Assembly: GCA_043228905.1 (NCBI GenBank)
Contig: JBHGNT010000011.1
Location: forward strand, 15,686,001-15,750,000
DNA: 64,000 nt
DNA from: Azolla caroliniana
Lineage: Eukaryota; Plantae; Polypodiophyta
Reading direction: 5' to 3'
Every line of letters begins with the position of its first letter. Within the stretch, counting starts at the first letter, position 1. A model generated the notes under the pieces. The model saw nothing but the letters and a program-made list of their open reading frames with translations, had not been told where the DNA came from and ran no database searches. A program made the position numbers and the translations under genes. Shown one piece after another: positions 26,279 to 39,508 of the stretch.

Positions 26279-28078
26279 AAATAAAAGTTGGTCCTTCCAG
26301 ATTTTGATCATAGTTTGGATGAAGATTGATCTTGTTTCCGAACAATCTTTATTCTTTTAGGTTGATTAATCCTTCTAGATTGATGATCATTTGGATCACA
26401 TTCGCCTCTAGAAGAGCATTGTAATAAAGTGGTATGTATAAAATTGGGGAGTTTAATGTCTATATATAAACAGGATACTTAGTTTTATAGATATCCTTCA
26501 CCGATGGGTTAAGTGACAAACGATTTTGAAAAGGAAGAAAGAAACACACAAATATGGAGTTGTATTTTATCCTCAATGGAAAGGTTTTAGAATGCTAAAA
26601 AACATAGGTATACTGATAGATCTTGCAAAGTTTCAATCACTTCTCTTTTGTAGCTTTCCAAGATTCTCCTAATATGCTGCTCAGAATGACTTAGGGTTGC
26701 CTAAAGGTGAAGCTCAACAAAACTCGACGTGTTCCAAAACAAAATTGAAGTTAAACCCCCATGATAAATTTTTACTTTAAAAATATCATGGAAAAAATTT
26801 TCTTATGAGATTCAAAATATATGTAGAGTGCAAAGTTATCAAAATTCCTTCCCCAAGGACAAAGATGTTATATATACAACAATGGAAGGAAAATTTCATG
26901 TAATAGAATTGCAAGAGCTCGTAAGGGAAGTCATAAACTTAATTGTGAAGAATTCACAAATACTAACCAAATTTTTCTCATTCTTTTGTTTGTTTTGATT
27001 ATATTTGTTTGAATAGTCTGAAATCTAACCAAGCCTGACACAGCCACTGACGCAATCATATGCTGTCACAGACGACTATTTCGAAGGATGCTGGGTTGCA
27101 GAGATTTAATAGAAGTTATCATGGCAGGGTTTACAGTTTTAACCATAGCACTATGCATTCTTTTAATACATAATTCAAATGCTTAGCTGTCATAACGATG
27201 CTTGTAGCTTTGCTTCCCCCACATCTTTGATTATATTGAATGAAGCATGCCCTCTTGATTATCAATATCTAGGATAAAAGTAGTAAAGAACTTTGTGAAT
27301 AGAGAGCACATTTCAAGACCAATACCCATATCTCTAATCATTTTCCAAAATTAAGTTGCCGTATCTGTGTACATTAGCATACGCAAACTACATGATTGGG
27401 CAAGGCCAACCATGTTTCCATATGTGCACTCTCCGCGCCTTATTAAGGAGAATATAGATGACTCAATCAATACAAGACTATTCCCGGTGTTTCACTCCAC
27501 TTGGTCTTTGCATATTTGTTCTGTTTGACAGATTCTTTTCTGCCGTTGTTATTATCAGGTGTCATAGACAGTCTCAAATCAGATTCTTGAGATGCAAGTT
27601 AATCTCAGATCGCTGTAGACTTTCAAAGATGTTAATATAGCATTTCTTTTTTATTTGACGTGCGGTAGTGGTTAATACCAATACAATAGCATCAAAATCA
27701 CAAATTCAATAGAAACTCAAGTTCTGATCCTAGCCTTAGCCTCAACTCTGTTTCATAAATCATATTTAGCCTTTAACATGGATGTAAATAATCACTCTCT
27801 GGTTATTCGGTTGGTGGTTAATATCCAAAGCATCAAAGTTATAAAATTGAGAATCAATCGCATGTAAATCTCGTATATCAATCACAATCAGTCTCACATG
27901 AACCTTAAAAAGAATCCTCTTTCTCTCTCTATCCTATGATACAAACGATTTCTTATACTGCAAAGAATAGTTATTTGCTCGGACTGCTTCACTCCCGGGT
28001 GGAGGTACTCACTGAGGATCATACGACCCGCCAGCAGCAACTATCTTTCTCTCATCTCGAAGGGGTGAGAAAGAGAAA

Positions 28079-28151
28079 GGGGATGTAGCTCAGATGGTAG
28101 AGCGCTCGCTTAGCATGCGAGAGGTACGGGGATCGATACCCCGCATCTCCA
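28079..28151 (+). tRNA. trnA-AGC: tRNA-Ala, anticodon AGC
   Basis: GGGGATGTAGCTCAGATGGTAGAGCGCTCGCTTAGCATGCGAGAGGTACGGGGATCGATACCCCGCATCTCCA: 73 nt, complete cloverleaf, G3:U70 alanine identity pair. Confidence 0.98.
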
Positions 28152-29945
28152 ATTCTTCTGCCTTTGATATTGACATCTCTATGGACGCTAAAATCTATCT
28201 CTCTCTCTCTTCCCATAGGCTAGGCCCTATCCCATAGATCACAATTGCTCTATCTGTGTGTGTAAACCCGTCTGTTAAAACTCGAAGAGATTATCACTTT
28301 TTCAATCAATGAAATAATGCAAATGACTGAACTTATAAGAAGACACAAAACAAAGCAAAAAGAAATAGATTTCCTCATACTTTGATGGTAGCAGAAGCCT
28401 ACTTGTGTTAATGAAGATGATGGTGATTGGAAATCGAAATGATGTTTTAGTACAGAAAGATGAGCTTCTCTGTGCGACTCGTCTCTGCTCCAAGTGAGAA
28501 ATCTTCCGCAAAATGAAGTTAAGAAAGCGAGGAGAGAACGGGATTTCTTTCCTAATATGGGCCATTTCAAAATCTTGGAGGGAAAGAAAGAACAAACAGA
28601 AAAGCATTCACATGGTGATTGTTTGTTTTTTTGGTGGGGTTAGCTTTCATCCCTTGCAATCCCTTCTTTGGGCACACACGAACTAGTGTGCCAAAGCAAA
28701 ACAAATATGAGCTATTTGTCCCATGGTATACAATTGGACACCCAATGCAATCATCGCATAACAACCGTCAATCTACTAAGCTTGTAATATAACAATGACT
28801 TTTGCCTCCCCTTGAGGTACTACCAGTGTAAAATCAGTCATCAAACTTCAATATATTCATCGTTGTAAATACAAGAACAAGTTGGTGTCTGTTTGCACAC
28901 CAAATGATATTGCATTTGAACCTCGTTTTCCGTCTTCATAATAATTTTAAATGCTCCAATAGCTATTAATTTTTTCATGTATCATGGATCCTTTCTTTGT
29001 TCCTCCACATATAACGTTCTTTAGAGATTATTACACACTTGGTCTAACTTTTTGTGTTGTTTATGTTCAATTTGCCACCTAACAATGAAATGATAAATGT
29101 TTTCAACAAGAGACAAAGATGTGCATGGCATGAGTTCCTCGTAAAGTCGCCCCTTGATTGTGCCAATGATGTTCATGTCCACACTAAAAAGTCGGGCTTC
29201 ACATGTATCAAAGTTTCGCATTCCTCAACCAATCACAAGTCATGGCCATGATGTCTATTCCCACCAATATATTCATTAAAATATCTCCATCATGGGTATA
29301 TACATTCCTAAGAACTACCTACATAAAATGCGCATACTTATTCCAAACTATTTAAAGATCAAAGAAATGGCTCGGTCAGAATTTGACTATGAGCCATTAT
29401 CCAACATATCATGTGTCTCAAGTCTCTCTCCCCCATAAATCCTCAATGGCCACACCATCAAATTGGTGAATATTGTAAAGTACATATAATAGAATATTTT
29501 TGAGACATCGTAGTTTGTTATGGGATAGTTTCAATAATTGTGAATCCATTTGTATGGTAAACGTATATTGATTGTGGTCTAACATCCCGAACATTAACAA
29601 AATATAAATCATCACATGAATTAGAATTTTAAGAAAACAATAAGATGTTAAAGTTGATGAGACTATGGTTATACAAAACAAAGTACGTTGTGGGCTCCAT
29701 TTGATGAAATTGAATATCAAAGGTCACCAAAGTTCATGAATTGCATGGTTGTGTTGCGAGTGAAACCAAACATATCTCCATAGTGGTGAAGGTTGCAAGC
29801 ATCCCTTAGAGTCAATTAGAGATGCAATTCCATTCATTGTGTTTCTCTCTCACTTCACTCTTATTTAGCACCAATTTGTTCATTTGTTTTACTTTTTCTC
29901 ATTGCAATTAGCTTGTCCTTGGTTCTTAGAATACTAATTCTAAGC

Positions 29946-32900
29946 TCTCTTTCTTTTCCCAAAATGAAGCTACTTTCCCATTAGTTAGGACGGATTATTA
30001 CAAAGGGATTGTACAAGGAGGCTTATACACAAATTGGGGAATCTCCCTCCAACCAAGTTCAAGAAAATGAGACTGCTTACATAACCTTTCGGACTGTCTA
30101 CTTAATGTAAGTAGATACCTATAACTAAAAACGGTGCCCTTCAGTGTTGGCTAGTACAAGCCAACTCTTGGGCCCTACAACGAAGGGAGGGAAGCAGGTG
30201 AGTCGGAAATAGCTAGCATGGGGGTTGGTAGTTCCACCTCAGGCCACTTCCTCCTTGTGTCACCATAGGCATGTTCCGCCATTTCTGCCAAAAGCGCAAA
30301 CGGGCAATGACCACATCATTGGAATGGCTGCAAACCTCGTCCAATTGCCCTCGTAGGCAGCTGATAAGCGCAAACCATATGTCCATGATCACTTCCTCTG
30401 GGGGCCGTACCAGATCTTGAAAGACCTTTAGGCAACGCGCTTTCCATACATACCACAGGGTGAAACCTGCGATCAACATCCCAATTTCCGGGAACCTAGG
30501 GGATGCGGACTGCAAGCCTCTCTCAAAACGAATCTTGGCGATTTTGCCTCTCGTGCATACATAGCACCAACTATCCACATTGAAGGCGTCGTCCACCTAT
30601 CAACGGAGTGAGCAATCCATGCCGCAACACTCCACGATGTTGTTCCTTCCGCTTCACATGCCGCAAGGATGCGAGTCACTCTATCCCATACCTTTTGAGC
30701 TTGAGGGCAATCCCACAAACAATGTCTCAGAGTCTCAATAGGTGAAGGGCAAAGTGGGCAACCTAACGGTCCACCACATTTACCTAGCCATTCGCCAATG
30801 GGAACCACTTTATGACTGATTTGCCACCAAAAGAGCTTGATCTTTTTAGGCATGTGGAGACTCCAAAGTCCCTTCCAAAAGGTAATGAGCACCTCATCAG
30901 GGATGGCCAATGTTCGCCAGCCATTGCGTAAGGGGCCGTCTAGCTGTAATTGTAAAGTCCGGCCCAATTTAGTGTTGTACTCGAAGAAATGACGGAATTT
31001 GCCATCATGTTTCCACCTGAAATCCCCTAGGTCCCATTCTATTTCAACGAGGGGACGACAACTGTATACCCATAACTTGCAATGGGGTTCCACCTTAGCA
31101 ACATCTGGGTCTGTCTTCTAGATGTTATCAACTTGCGCCACCACTCGGATTGGGTGCCAAGAGCCCCTACTCTGACTCTCCCCAAAAATTGTATCTCTTC
31201 CCGATCCGCTCACGCCCTTCAGCAACTTAGCCATTCCAACCTCATCAAAGAGACCGAACCATGTATCTTCTCTCATCTCCCCCATCAGAATCCTATCAAC
31301 TGCCTCAACTATCAAACTCTGCATTTTCATGGCTCCCTTGAGGGGAGGGAACGGGGCCTCCTGGGCTCCTCCTGAAGCCATCGTGCGTCTCCAATCATCT
31401 ATGGAGTGGAACCCTATTTGCGCTAGCTTTCCCCATGCTAGGCCCTTAAGTTGCCCTAACATCATGCCATCACTTGTTCGCACCTGAGGTTCCAAAATAA
31501 TGGTTGTCTAGACCACTCGATTAGTGTCTCTGGGGTCTGCTTGACTAAATGATGTTGTACGTGACACCATGCCCGCAAGATGGAGTTCGTGACCTTGTCC
31601 TCCGGTTGACAAGCCATCTTGGGTGGGACTCCACTCGTGCAACACCAATTCAAGGAGTCGGGCCAAGGCCTACCATACTTGGGAGTCCCTTCTTGCAACT
31701 TGTTGCGAAGTAGTACCGTCCAGCACCATTTTGGCTAGCAATGCTCAGCTCTGCATTAAGGGTTCTATGAGGCCAAGCCCCCCTTTGGCCCATGGTTGTG
31801 TTAACCAATGTCATGACACTCTGGCGGCAACCATCGGATTGTCCTTACTTGACCATATAAACCCCCTGATGGCAACCTTAATCGCGTGCAAACCTGCATG
31901 GTCCATAATCCAATAGGAGACTGAGTGCCACATGGTGGCGAGCATCACTTGGTTCGCAATAAGAACCCTACCAGCAAAGGATAATTTAGATCTGTTCCAT
32001 TGGTTCAGCTTCTTGCTTATTTTGGCTTGCACATGGGACAATTGCGCTCCCTTGGGGATTGCCCTCCCCATCGTAAATCCTAGGTACTTGAATGGCGTCC
32101 CATCATGCACCCATGTAAAATCAGCATGGGGTTGCCACCTTGGTTTCTCTTGTTCGTTGAACCAGAGGCCTTGGGTTTTATCCCAATTGACCTTGGCACC
32201 AACAGCCTGACAAAATTCCTCAACAAGATGTTCATCCCGCTGCAAATTCTCATCATTGCCCTGCAAGAAAAGGACCGTATCGTCGGCATATTCAGATAAC
32301 ATAAGATCTTCAATCACATTGGGGATGGCTAATCCCCTTGGTCCGCTGCTTGGTGCTTGTAAGTAGGCAGAGAAAGCCTCGGTTACAAATAGATAGAGAT
32401 ATGGGGCTAGGGGACAACCTTGCCTCACTGAGCGATGTAGTTGGAAAGCGGGGCCCCTAGCACCAACTACCAAAATGTTGCTGGTAGCAATTCGATAGAG
32501 TGCAGAAGTGCAATTCCTCCATTGTTGAGGTAGGCCCATAACTCTCATCACACTTTCCAAAAAGGGCCATAAAACCCTATCGTAGGCCTTCTTAAAGTCT
32601 AACATCAGAATAGTCGAGCTCGACACAGAGCGATCTGCCAAAGCCATAACTTCCTAGAGAAGCAACACGTTATCAAAGATACACCTACCCTTGATAATGT
32701 CACGGACACACCAACCGCGGACTATGACAGAGCATAGATGACAAGGCTATGATTGACAAAAAATGCAATGATAGGGATGTGGAAGATGATAAGAAGTGCA
32801 GAGATAGAGATGACGATGAGAAGAAACTAGGAGATAGAGACGTGAAGGATGAGAAAAAACTAGGAGATAGAGATGGTGAGGAAGATAGAAAATGAAGGGA

Positions 32901-33896
32901 TGTTGATGATGGTAACTCTAGAACCAATGACAGTGACGATAGTAACTCTAGAAGCAAGGGCGATGATGAAGACGGGTAATGCTTCCAATTGAAGGGATTC
33001 AAAATGTCACGGACACACCAACCGTGGACTATGATGGAGTATAGATGACAAGGCTATGATTGATAAGGCTAAGAATATGGAATAGGAAGTGACAAGGCTA
33101 GGAACTCTAGAAGTTGTGCAAGATGAGACTACAAACTTAGGAAGTTAAGGAGAGCGTGAAGACAAAGATGAAGATCAAGGAGACAAGATGAGGCGAAACG
33201 AGAATACTGTATTGATGTGTCAATTGACTGGTGTTGAATCCCTTGAAAGGGACCAAGAAAGTTACAAGTATTTATACTGTGAGTTGAAGTACATGCATTA
33301 GAATATTCTTGAGAATATTATAGAGCCCTCTAGAACTTTCTAAAAACTCCTAGAACGTTAATAGATAATCTATGAAGATATACATAACATGATTATGTAC
33401 TTGGATGTGTTGGTTACAATATAACACTTGACTATAATACAAGAGGTCAAGAGTGCAAATCTTGACATAATTGTCGTCATGTCTGTGACAGATAAACCCT
33501 GTTTGATTCTCATGTATGATGTCCGGTAAGACCAATCCGTCAAGCTAGGACTTTTGCGAGTATCTTGTATATCGTGTTAAGGATCGTGATTGGACGCCAT
33601 TGTTGTAGCTCTAGGCTTCGCCCTACCGCTTTAGTGATGAGATAGATCATCCCCTTAGCCAGGCTAGTCGGCATCGTTCATGAGGTTCAAATCTCCTGAA
33701 CCCCGACTTCCAATGACGGGATAACATTTTCCCAATGAATCTCAAAAAAATCTCGTGAGAGACCATCAGGGCCGGAGCATGCTCCTCTCCGCAATTCCTT
33801 GAGTACCTCCGAGAGTTCTAATTGAGAAATGGGGCTATCTTGCACAACTCCGTTATTGAGCCGTCTGGTTTGCGCAGCCCTTGGGTGCCCTGGACT
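29946..33896 (-). mobile_element. 5'-truncated L1 LINE of a second family, with RT and zf-RVT, disrupted
   Basis: Minus-strand motifs GPDG, WRPITILN, QTGFIKGR, LDFKKAYDRV, VRQGCPLAP, YADD, YLG, CPLCPSPIETLRHCLWDC. A-rich tail near 29946-29957. Confidence 0.9.
32698..33490. mobile_element. Solo-LTR-like insertion inside the L1 RT
   Basis: Termini TGTCACGGACA...TGTCTGTGACA with 5-bp TSD GATAA (32693-32697, 33491-33495). Excision restores QTGFIKGRCIFDNV. Confidence 0.85.
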
Positions 33897-33931
33897 AAAA
33901 GAAATTACTTATTCTAGGCCTTATGTTGGAA

Positions 33932-34296
33932 GCTTGACTTTCATACCTTCTATTACAAGGATGCCACTGTGGAATATAGGGGTTGATTGCATGACCTTCT
34001 ACTCTCCCTTCTATCTCTATATCTCTCTCATTCTAACTAGAGTCTTTTTATTAGGAGAGAGTAAAATAAAGCATGAGAATTTATTTATTTTTCCAAAAAA
34101 AACACTACTTCACATTAGTTGCTTGTTTTTTTTGGAAAAATAAATAAATTCTCATGCTTTATTTTACTCTCTCCTAATAAAAAGACTCTAGTTAGAATGA
34201 GAGATAGATAGAGATAGAAGGGACAGTAAAAGGTCATGCAATCAACCCCTATATTCTACAGTGGCATCCTTGTAATATAAGGTATGAAAGTTGAGC
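33932..34296. repeat. Long inverted repeat (foldback): 173-bp arms and a 19-nt loop
   Basis: 33932-34104 is near-perfectly complementary to 34124-34296. Confidence 0.95.
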
Positions 34297-35122
34297 ATGA
34301 GAAAATTTTAGATATTTGGTTTGCTTGAAATTATAGCTAATGGAAGCAACCTTTGACATGGTAACTGAACAACCCTTCAACTTCCCTTCAATTTAAAAAT
34401 CACATAAAAATTTTGGCTCTTCTTGAATATTGAGCTACGTGACAAACATAATGGCAGAAAACCTAAGTAAAAATATATGTTCATATGCTAAATGCATTGA
34501 TAACTCCACATTTATTGAGCACACATATTAGTGGTGACCTTTGCACTCTATGCTCCATTTGGGAGGACTAGCAAGAGTTAAATTAGATAATTACATGCAT
34601 AAAAAAAGGGATGTAAGTTGTTGTCGTTGAGATGAGGTGATGATTTTATAGTTCTATAGTCTCAGTTTTTAAGTCTATTGTATGTTTATTGTATCAAAAC
34701 TCGAGAGGAAGTAAATCGTCTAATTTAGTTAATTTATGGTCCTTGTTAGGTTTGAGAAAATAATCAAGTGTACTCATAATGGAGTCTTGACAAGGATGTC
34801 GAGGCATCTTTCATCACCTTTGATTCAATATAAAAATATATTCTAGATGACTTACCTTTAACTTGAAAGTGGTATGCTTATAATGGAATAGCCCAATGAC
34901 AATGAGGCTTCCACTTATGCATTTGATGCCCACTTCCTACAATTGTTGTCGTTTTGAGTTCCCCGATGCTAAATTAGAATTTGTGAACACTATACCGATG
35001 GTAAATCAACAACATCTTATTGGTAGATCCTTCATACCATAATTTTGAAAACTCTAAATATTATTAAAAGAGTTTTCATATACACATCCCAAGACCTCGA
35101 AAACATTATTTTATGATATTTC

Positions 35123-35600
35123 CTTTTTTTGCATAAAAAGATATTACATTAGTATTTAAAAATCACCTTGAGGATGTACAAGAATTTGCTTTACAATGTA
35201 CATACATGATACCCACCTCCCCCCTTTTAAGCTCTAGCTATTGGCTTTAATAAATAATTTTGGCATAGAGTAGAACCAATCTAGCTTATCAAAAAACCGT
35301 TGATAAGATATACCTATGTGGAAAATGGCAAAAAAATTCGATCATTGCAATTCTGCCTATTGTGTGTCACCTTTATATTATCCAAACTACCTCTTAGATT
35401 AAATCTCTGTCCAAAATTTGGTGTTTGTATGAGCATTGTCTTTTAGCACCTTGCCTTTCAAATATACAAAACGGTAATCTACCTACTACCCCGTTTGAAG
35501 CAATTGCCTCGCCACCTTATCTCCATTGTTAACTTGTCTCATCCAACATTTTTACCACTTCACAAAGTTGCACACAAGGCATTACATGGCCTACAACATG
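35123..35600 (-). mobile_element. Degenerate L1 3' remnant
   Basis: Minus-strand LYI*KARC*K matches the L1 WxxWKARC motif; the A tail is preceded by ACTAATG. The 5' boundary is approximate. Confidence 0.55.
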
Positions 35601-37331
35601 ATAACAATGATGCAATGGTGGATGTGGAGTTTGGTGGTATTGTACAATGGAGTTTGAGAGTATTGTAGATTCTCAATGTTCTTTGGTAGTGAATTTACTT
35701 GTTTATGCTACAAGGAAAACTATAATTACCGAACTTGGTACTCTAGTTGTACAAGTAAGAAATGACTATTGTAATGTTATCTATGGTGGGCCAAAATAGT
35801 ATTGAAGATGCATATAAAAGCCAAAAGGTTATGTGAAGTTGAATAACGACATGGTAGAAAATTGTCTTACCTTTTTTTATAACAATTTGTCATTTATTGT
35901 TCAATAGAGAACATTGGTAGAGTTTCATGGGATTTTGACTCAAGAGTTATAACAAGATTCTCACTTTCCCTATCTACTATTTAAGGATACCATGGCCAAG
36001 GGAACGAGCTTGGAAGAATCAACAAGGAAATATGACCTTGTTGCACTTGACTATAGTTTGACTTTGTGATATTACTTTAGAGGTGTCTAATAAATGGGAG
36101 AGGTAGATTTGTTTATTTTTAATGTCCAATGGATACTGATTTGTGATCTATGAGATGGGGCCAATCCCACAACAAAGATTAAACATGGGAGCTACTCCAT
36201 TAACTAAGAGATACAACTTTTAACATTATTTTACTTGATCTATGAGTTGGAGGATGGGCAACTTCTAGTCATAATGCACATTGGTGTGTTGGTCCACACA
36301 ACAGACATTTTCAAGTGATGAGTTTGGTTGGGGCGGCAATTGTTAAAAGATAACACATTTGTACTATAGCTCAACAAAAACATAAATGTCATGGGGAACA
36401 AAAAAGTAAAATCTCATTTGATTTTGATTTTCACTCCTTGATTTCGGTTGAGGTGGAATACAAGTTTTCATTGTCCAATGGCACTACCGTGTCTTTTACA
36501 TTCCAATTTTTGAATCTTAAAAGGTGAAAGTTATAACAATTAAGTTTTGGAAAGAGTCATGTGTCCCATATGATATATAAAGGCCATGCTTGCACATTGT
36601 GATTTATTGCAAAAATGTCTACCACACATCCTTAAGTAACTTGTAAATTAAATCACTATTTATATTGATCATAGAAAGTCAAAAACACCAACAAACTTGT
36701 CCATAATAATGCCAATATTTGATCACAATATACCAATGAATTATATGTATGTTTGAAAAGCTTAAATGGAGGTTATGAAACTCTATTGCTTCAATAATAT
36801 GAATACATCCATATGTATGTAAAGCTTTGAAACGATAAATCACACACGTGTATTAGGTGCAGACTAAAGTTTTGTAGCCATTTAAGATTTACAATGTACT
36901 ACATCATTGTATCTAATGGAACAATGCAATTTCTTGTATAACTTAGCTTGCCTTCCATACTTTTTGATCTTCTAAGAATCACAGTATCATGTATGAGTGA
37001 ATCAAAAGCAATTGGAATGGAATTATTCTCATTTAGCGTATGCAATCAATAACTTGCTATATGTTTTTTATCTCTTTATATGTACAGAATATACATGTTA
37101 CATTTTTGCCCACAAATGGGAGGTCAAAGTACATAATATTTAATCTAAATATTGTATTGAGAAGACTATCTATCTTTTACTTGAGAGGAATGACAACATG
37201 AAACAATTGGTAACTCATTTCTTTCTTTGGGTAAGTGGACCCAACTCACAATGATGCTATGTCAGGAATCTTAGTTGAGGCATGAACTCATATCGTAGAT
37301 ATTGGACTAGATAATAAATAAGGTGTTTAAA

Positions 37332-38317
37332 TTAACTTAGGAGGATCATGCCAACGAGCAACCCACATAACCCGTAAGGCATCCATGGCAAAGAAGTATT
37401 TATGGCATTAGAGGTAGTTCCTGTTGTGGGGGGACTAAATGTTGTGTTGGTATCAAAAGAGGGAGGGGAAAAGATTGTAGAGTTGGAGATAATTGGGGTT
37501 GTGGTTGTGGGAGTAGTTGGGGACGTGGTAATGGGACTAGTAGTTGTAGGAGTAGTGGGAGTAGTGGGAGTAGTGGGCGTGGTGGGCGTGGTGGGCGTGG
37601 TGGGTGTGGTGGATGACCTGTAAGGCACAAAAAACTCAACAAATATGAGAAACATGAAAAAGGGATTTGGAGATAGCTATATAGTTTTAATAATCTTCCT
37701 CAAAGGTGAAAATATGAGTGATGAGACCAAAGGGAAACATTTTCGTGTAGTATGTGTGGACTTTATTAATGACTCTTGATGTTCAAGAATATTATTGACG
37801 AGATCTTCAATTAAGAGTGCACACTGTAGCCAAGAAAGAAATATATATTTGAGATAGGTTTAGGAAGAGAGTGTGGGGAAAGCAAAGTCAATCTGATGGA
37901 AGGTGGAGCATTATAGTGGTGTAATATTTAAACTTACCAACATCTTGCAACTTTGGACACTTTCTTAAAACATTTGTATGCATGCCTAAGTGAGAGAGAG
38001 GTACAATCGGATACGCCTTGAAGATCATGTTTCATTATTAACTTTAAAATAATCATAATATATTGTAGATTGTTGTTGTAGCACGTTCATGATGGGAAAT
38101 GTGAAAGAAACACATTATCGAAACGTGTCACCAAGTATGAACGTTATTAAGGGGTTATCTAAATGTGTTGCAATTATGAGTGCTATTAAGGGGTCGAAGA
38201 AAAGAAAGGCCTAGAATATATGTCAACATAGAATGACAACATGAAGTGAGGTCAATCTTCAATCACTCAATGAACTTATGTGGAAGCTACAAGGATTTTG
38301 TTTGTTTGTTTGCGTGC

Positions 38318-38386
<69 letters not shown>

Positions 38387-38537
38387 AGGGAGGGAGGGAG
38401 GGAGACTACCCTTTGAATATGACCTATGGGACCAAACTAAAACATTTTCTCTTGTAATGAGTGAAGTTATTAGTATAACTTGATGTTGAGAGATGGAAAG
38501 AGAACACTACCCAGATAAGAATGGATAGACACAAGAT

Positions 38538-38590
<53 letters not shown>

Positions 38591-39508
38591 ACCGTTTGAA
38601 TATGACCTATGGGACCAAACTAAAACATTTCCTCTTGTAATGAGTGAAGTTATTAGTATAACTTGATGTTGAGAGATGGAAAGAGAACATTACCCAGATA
38701 AGAATGGATAGACACAAGATCCGGAACCTACATATATGAAACAAATATGAACATGTTTAGAGCTCATATATGACGAAGTTAATACATTGGGTACTAAAAC
38801 TTTGAGAATTTTGAAAATGTCAATACTTGGGTTGATTGTGGTGGTGGTGGCAACACCATTGAAGAAGCAAGAACCAGTGGCACCATTCATTTTGACATAG
38901 TAAGCATCAAAGGCATAAGAAGCATGGGCAACCAATGTGTCTGGGTTGAAGCAAGTTCCACCTTGTTGCAACACGGAACAATCCACATTTCCAGGGCCAC
39001 ATGCCCAATCTAATGCTACTTGTAGTTGTGTTTGGTCTGCCCCTGTTGCTGCCACACAATAGGTCGTTGTCTGTAGTTGTCGCCTCAAATGAACCACCTC
39101 CACTAGCTCATCAATTCCCCACTTCGTTCGCATTGTTGATCTCCATAGTAGATTTCGAGCATTGCCTAAACATTAGTTATGAATTTCAAGAATTTGTGTC
39201 AAATGTTCACATTTACCTTCAACAACATCAATTATCACTTATACACAACAAGTGTTGGACATTTTTTTCTCATACATATTTCCTTGCAAAGTTATGACAT
39301 GATTGGGTTTTGTACATGGCATTATTTATTCCTAGTTAGGTGTGATGTGGTCTAGTTGTCGACTTGCCTCTTTGGGATTGGAATTCCCTTTCGAAAGGTG
39401 GTACACCTTGGTCCACTTAATTAGACTATAAGCCAAGTGGCATTTTCCTCTTTGTTGGAACATACCCTTGTTGAGAACGAACACCAACAAGAAGAATGAA
39501 AAACTCAT
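37332..39508 (-). CDS. GPI-anchored X8 (CBM43) domain protein, PLASMODESMATA CALLOSE-BINDING (PDCB)-like
   Basis: Exons 39508-39466 (signal peptide MSFSFFLLVFVLNKG), 39165-38827 (X8: YCVA...ALDWACG...DC...GGTCFNPDT...HASYAFDAYY...SCFFNG), 38727-38694 (SGSCVYP) and 37617-37332 (TTP repeats plus hydrophobic C-terminus). Intron phases are consistent. Confidence 0.88.
38402..38722. repeat. 138-bp duplication separated by (AG)n, covering most of X8-gene exon 3 and its donor site
   Basis: 38402-38539 is near-identical to 38585-38722. (GT)n/(AG)n tracts lie at 38318-38400 and 38540-38588. Confidence 0.9.

Noticed and set aside
27931-28019. C/D snoRNA-like layout (ATCC...ATGATAC...CTGA GGAT), also a CTGAGGA hammerhead-like core
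   Set aside because: The C box is degenerate, I could not find a convincing rRNA or snRNA guide match, and no GAAA follows in hammerhead geometry.
28250-28378. Signal-peptide-like 42-aa minus-strand ORF (MRKSISFCFVLCLL...)
   Set aside because: Hydrophobicity is explained by T-rich, intron-like composition, and no phase-compatible downstream exon was found.
29928-33919. Possible TSD for the second L1 (AATACTAATTCTAAGC versus ATTACTTATTCTAGGC)
   Set aside because: Too many mismatches in AT-rich sequence to call.
37400-37642. Val/Gly-rich and Pro-rich alternative ORFs
   Set aside because: Antisense and shifted frames of the TTP repeat in the X8 gene.
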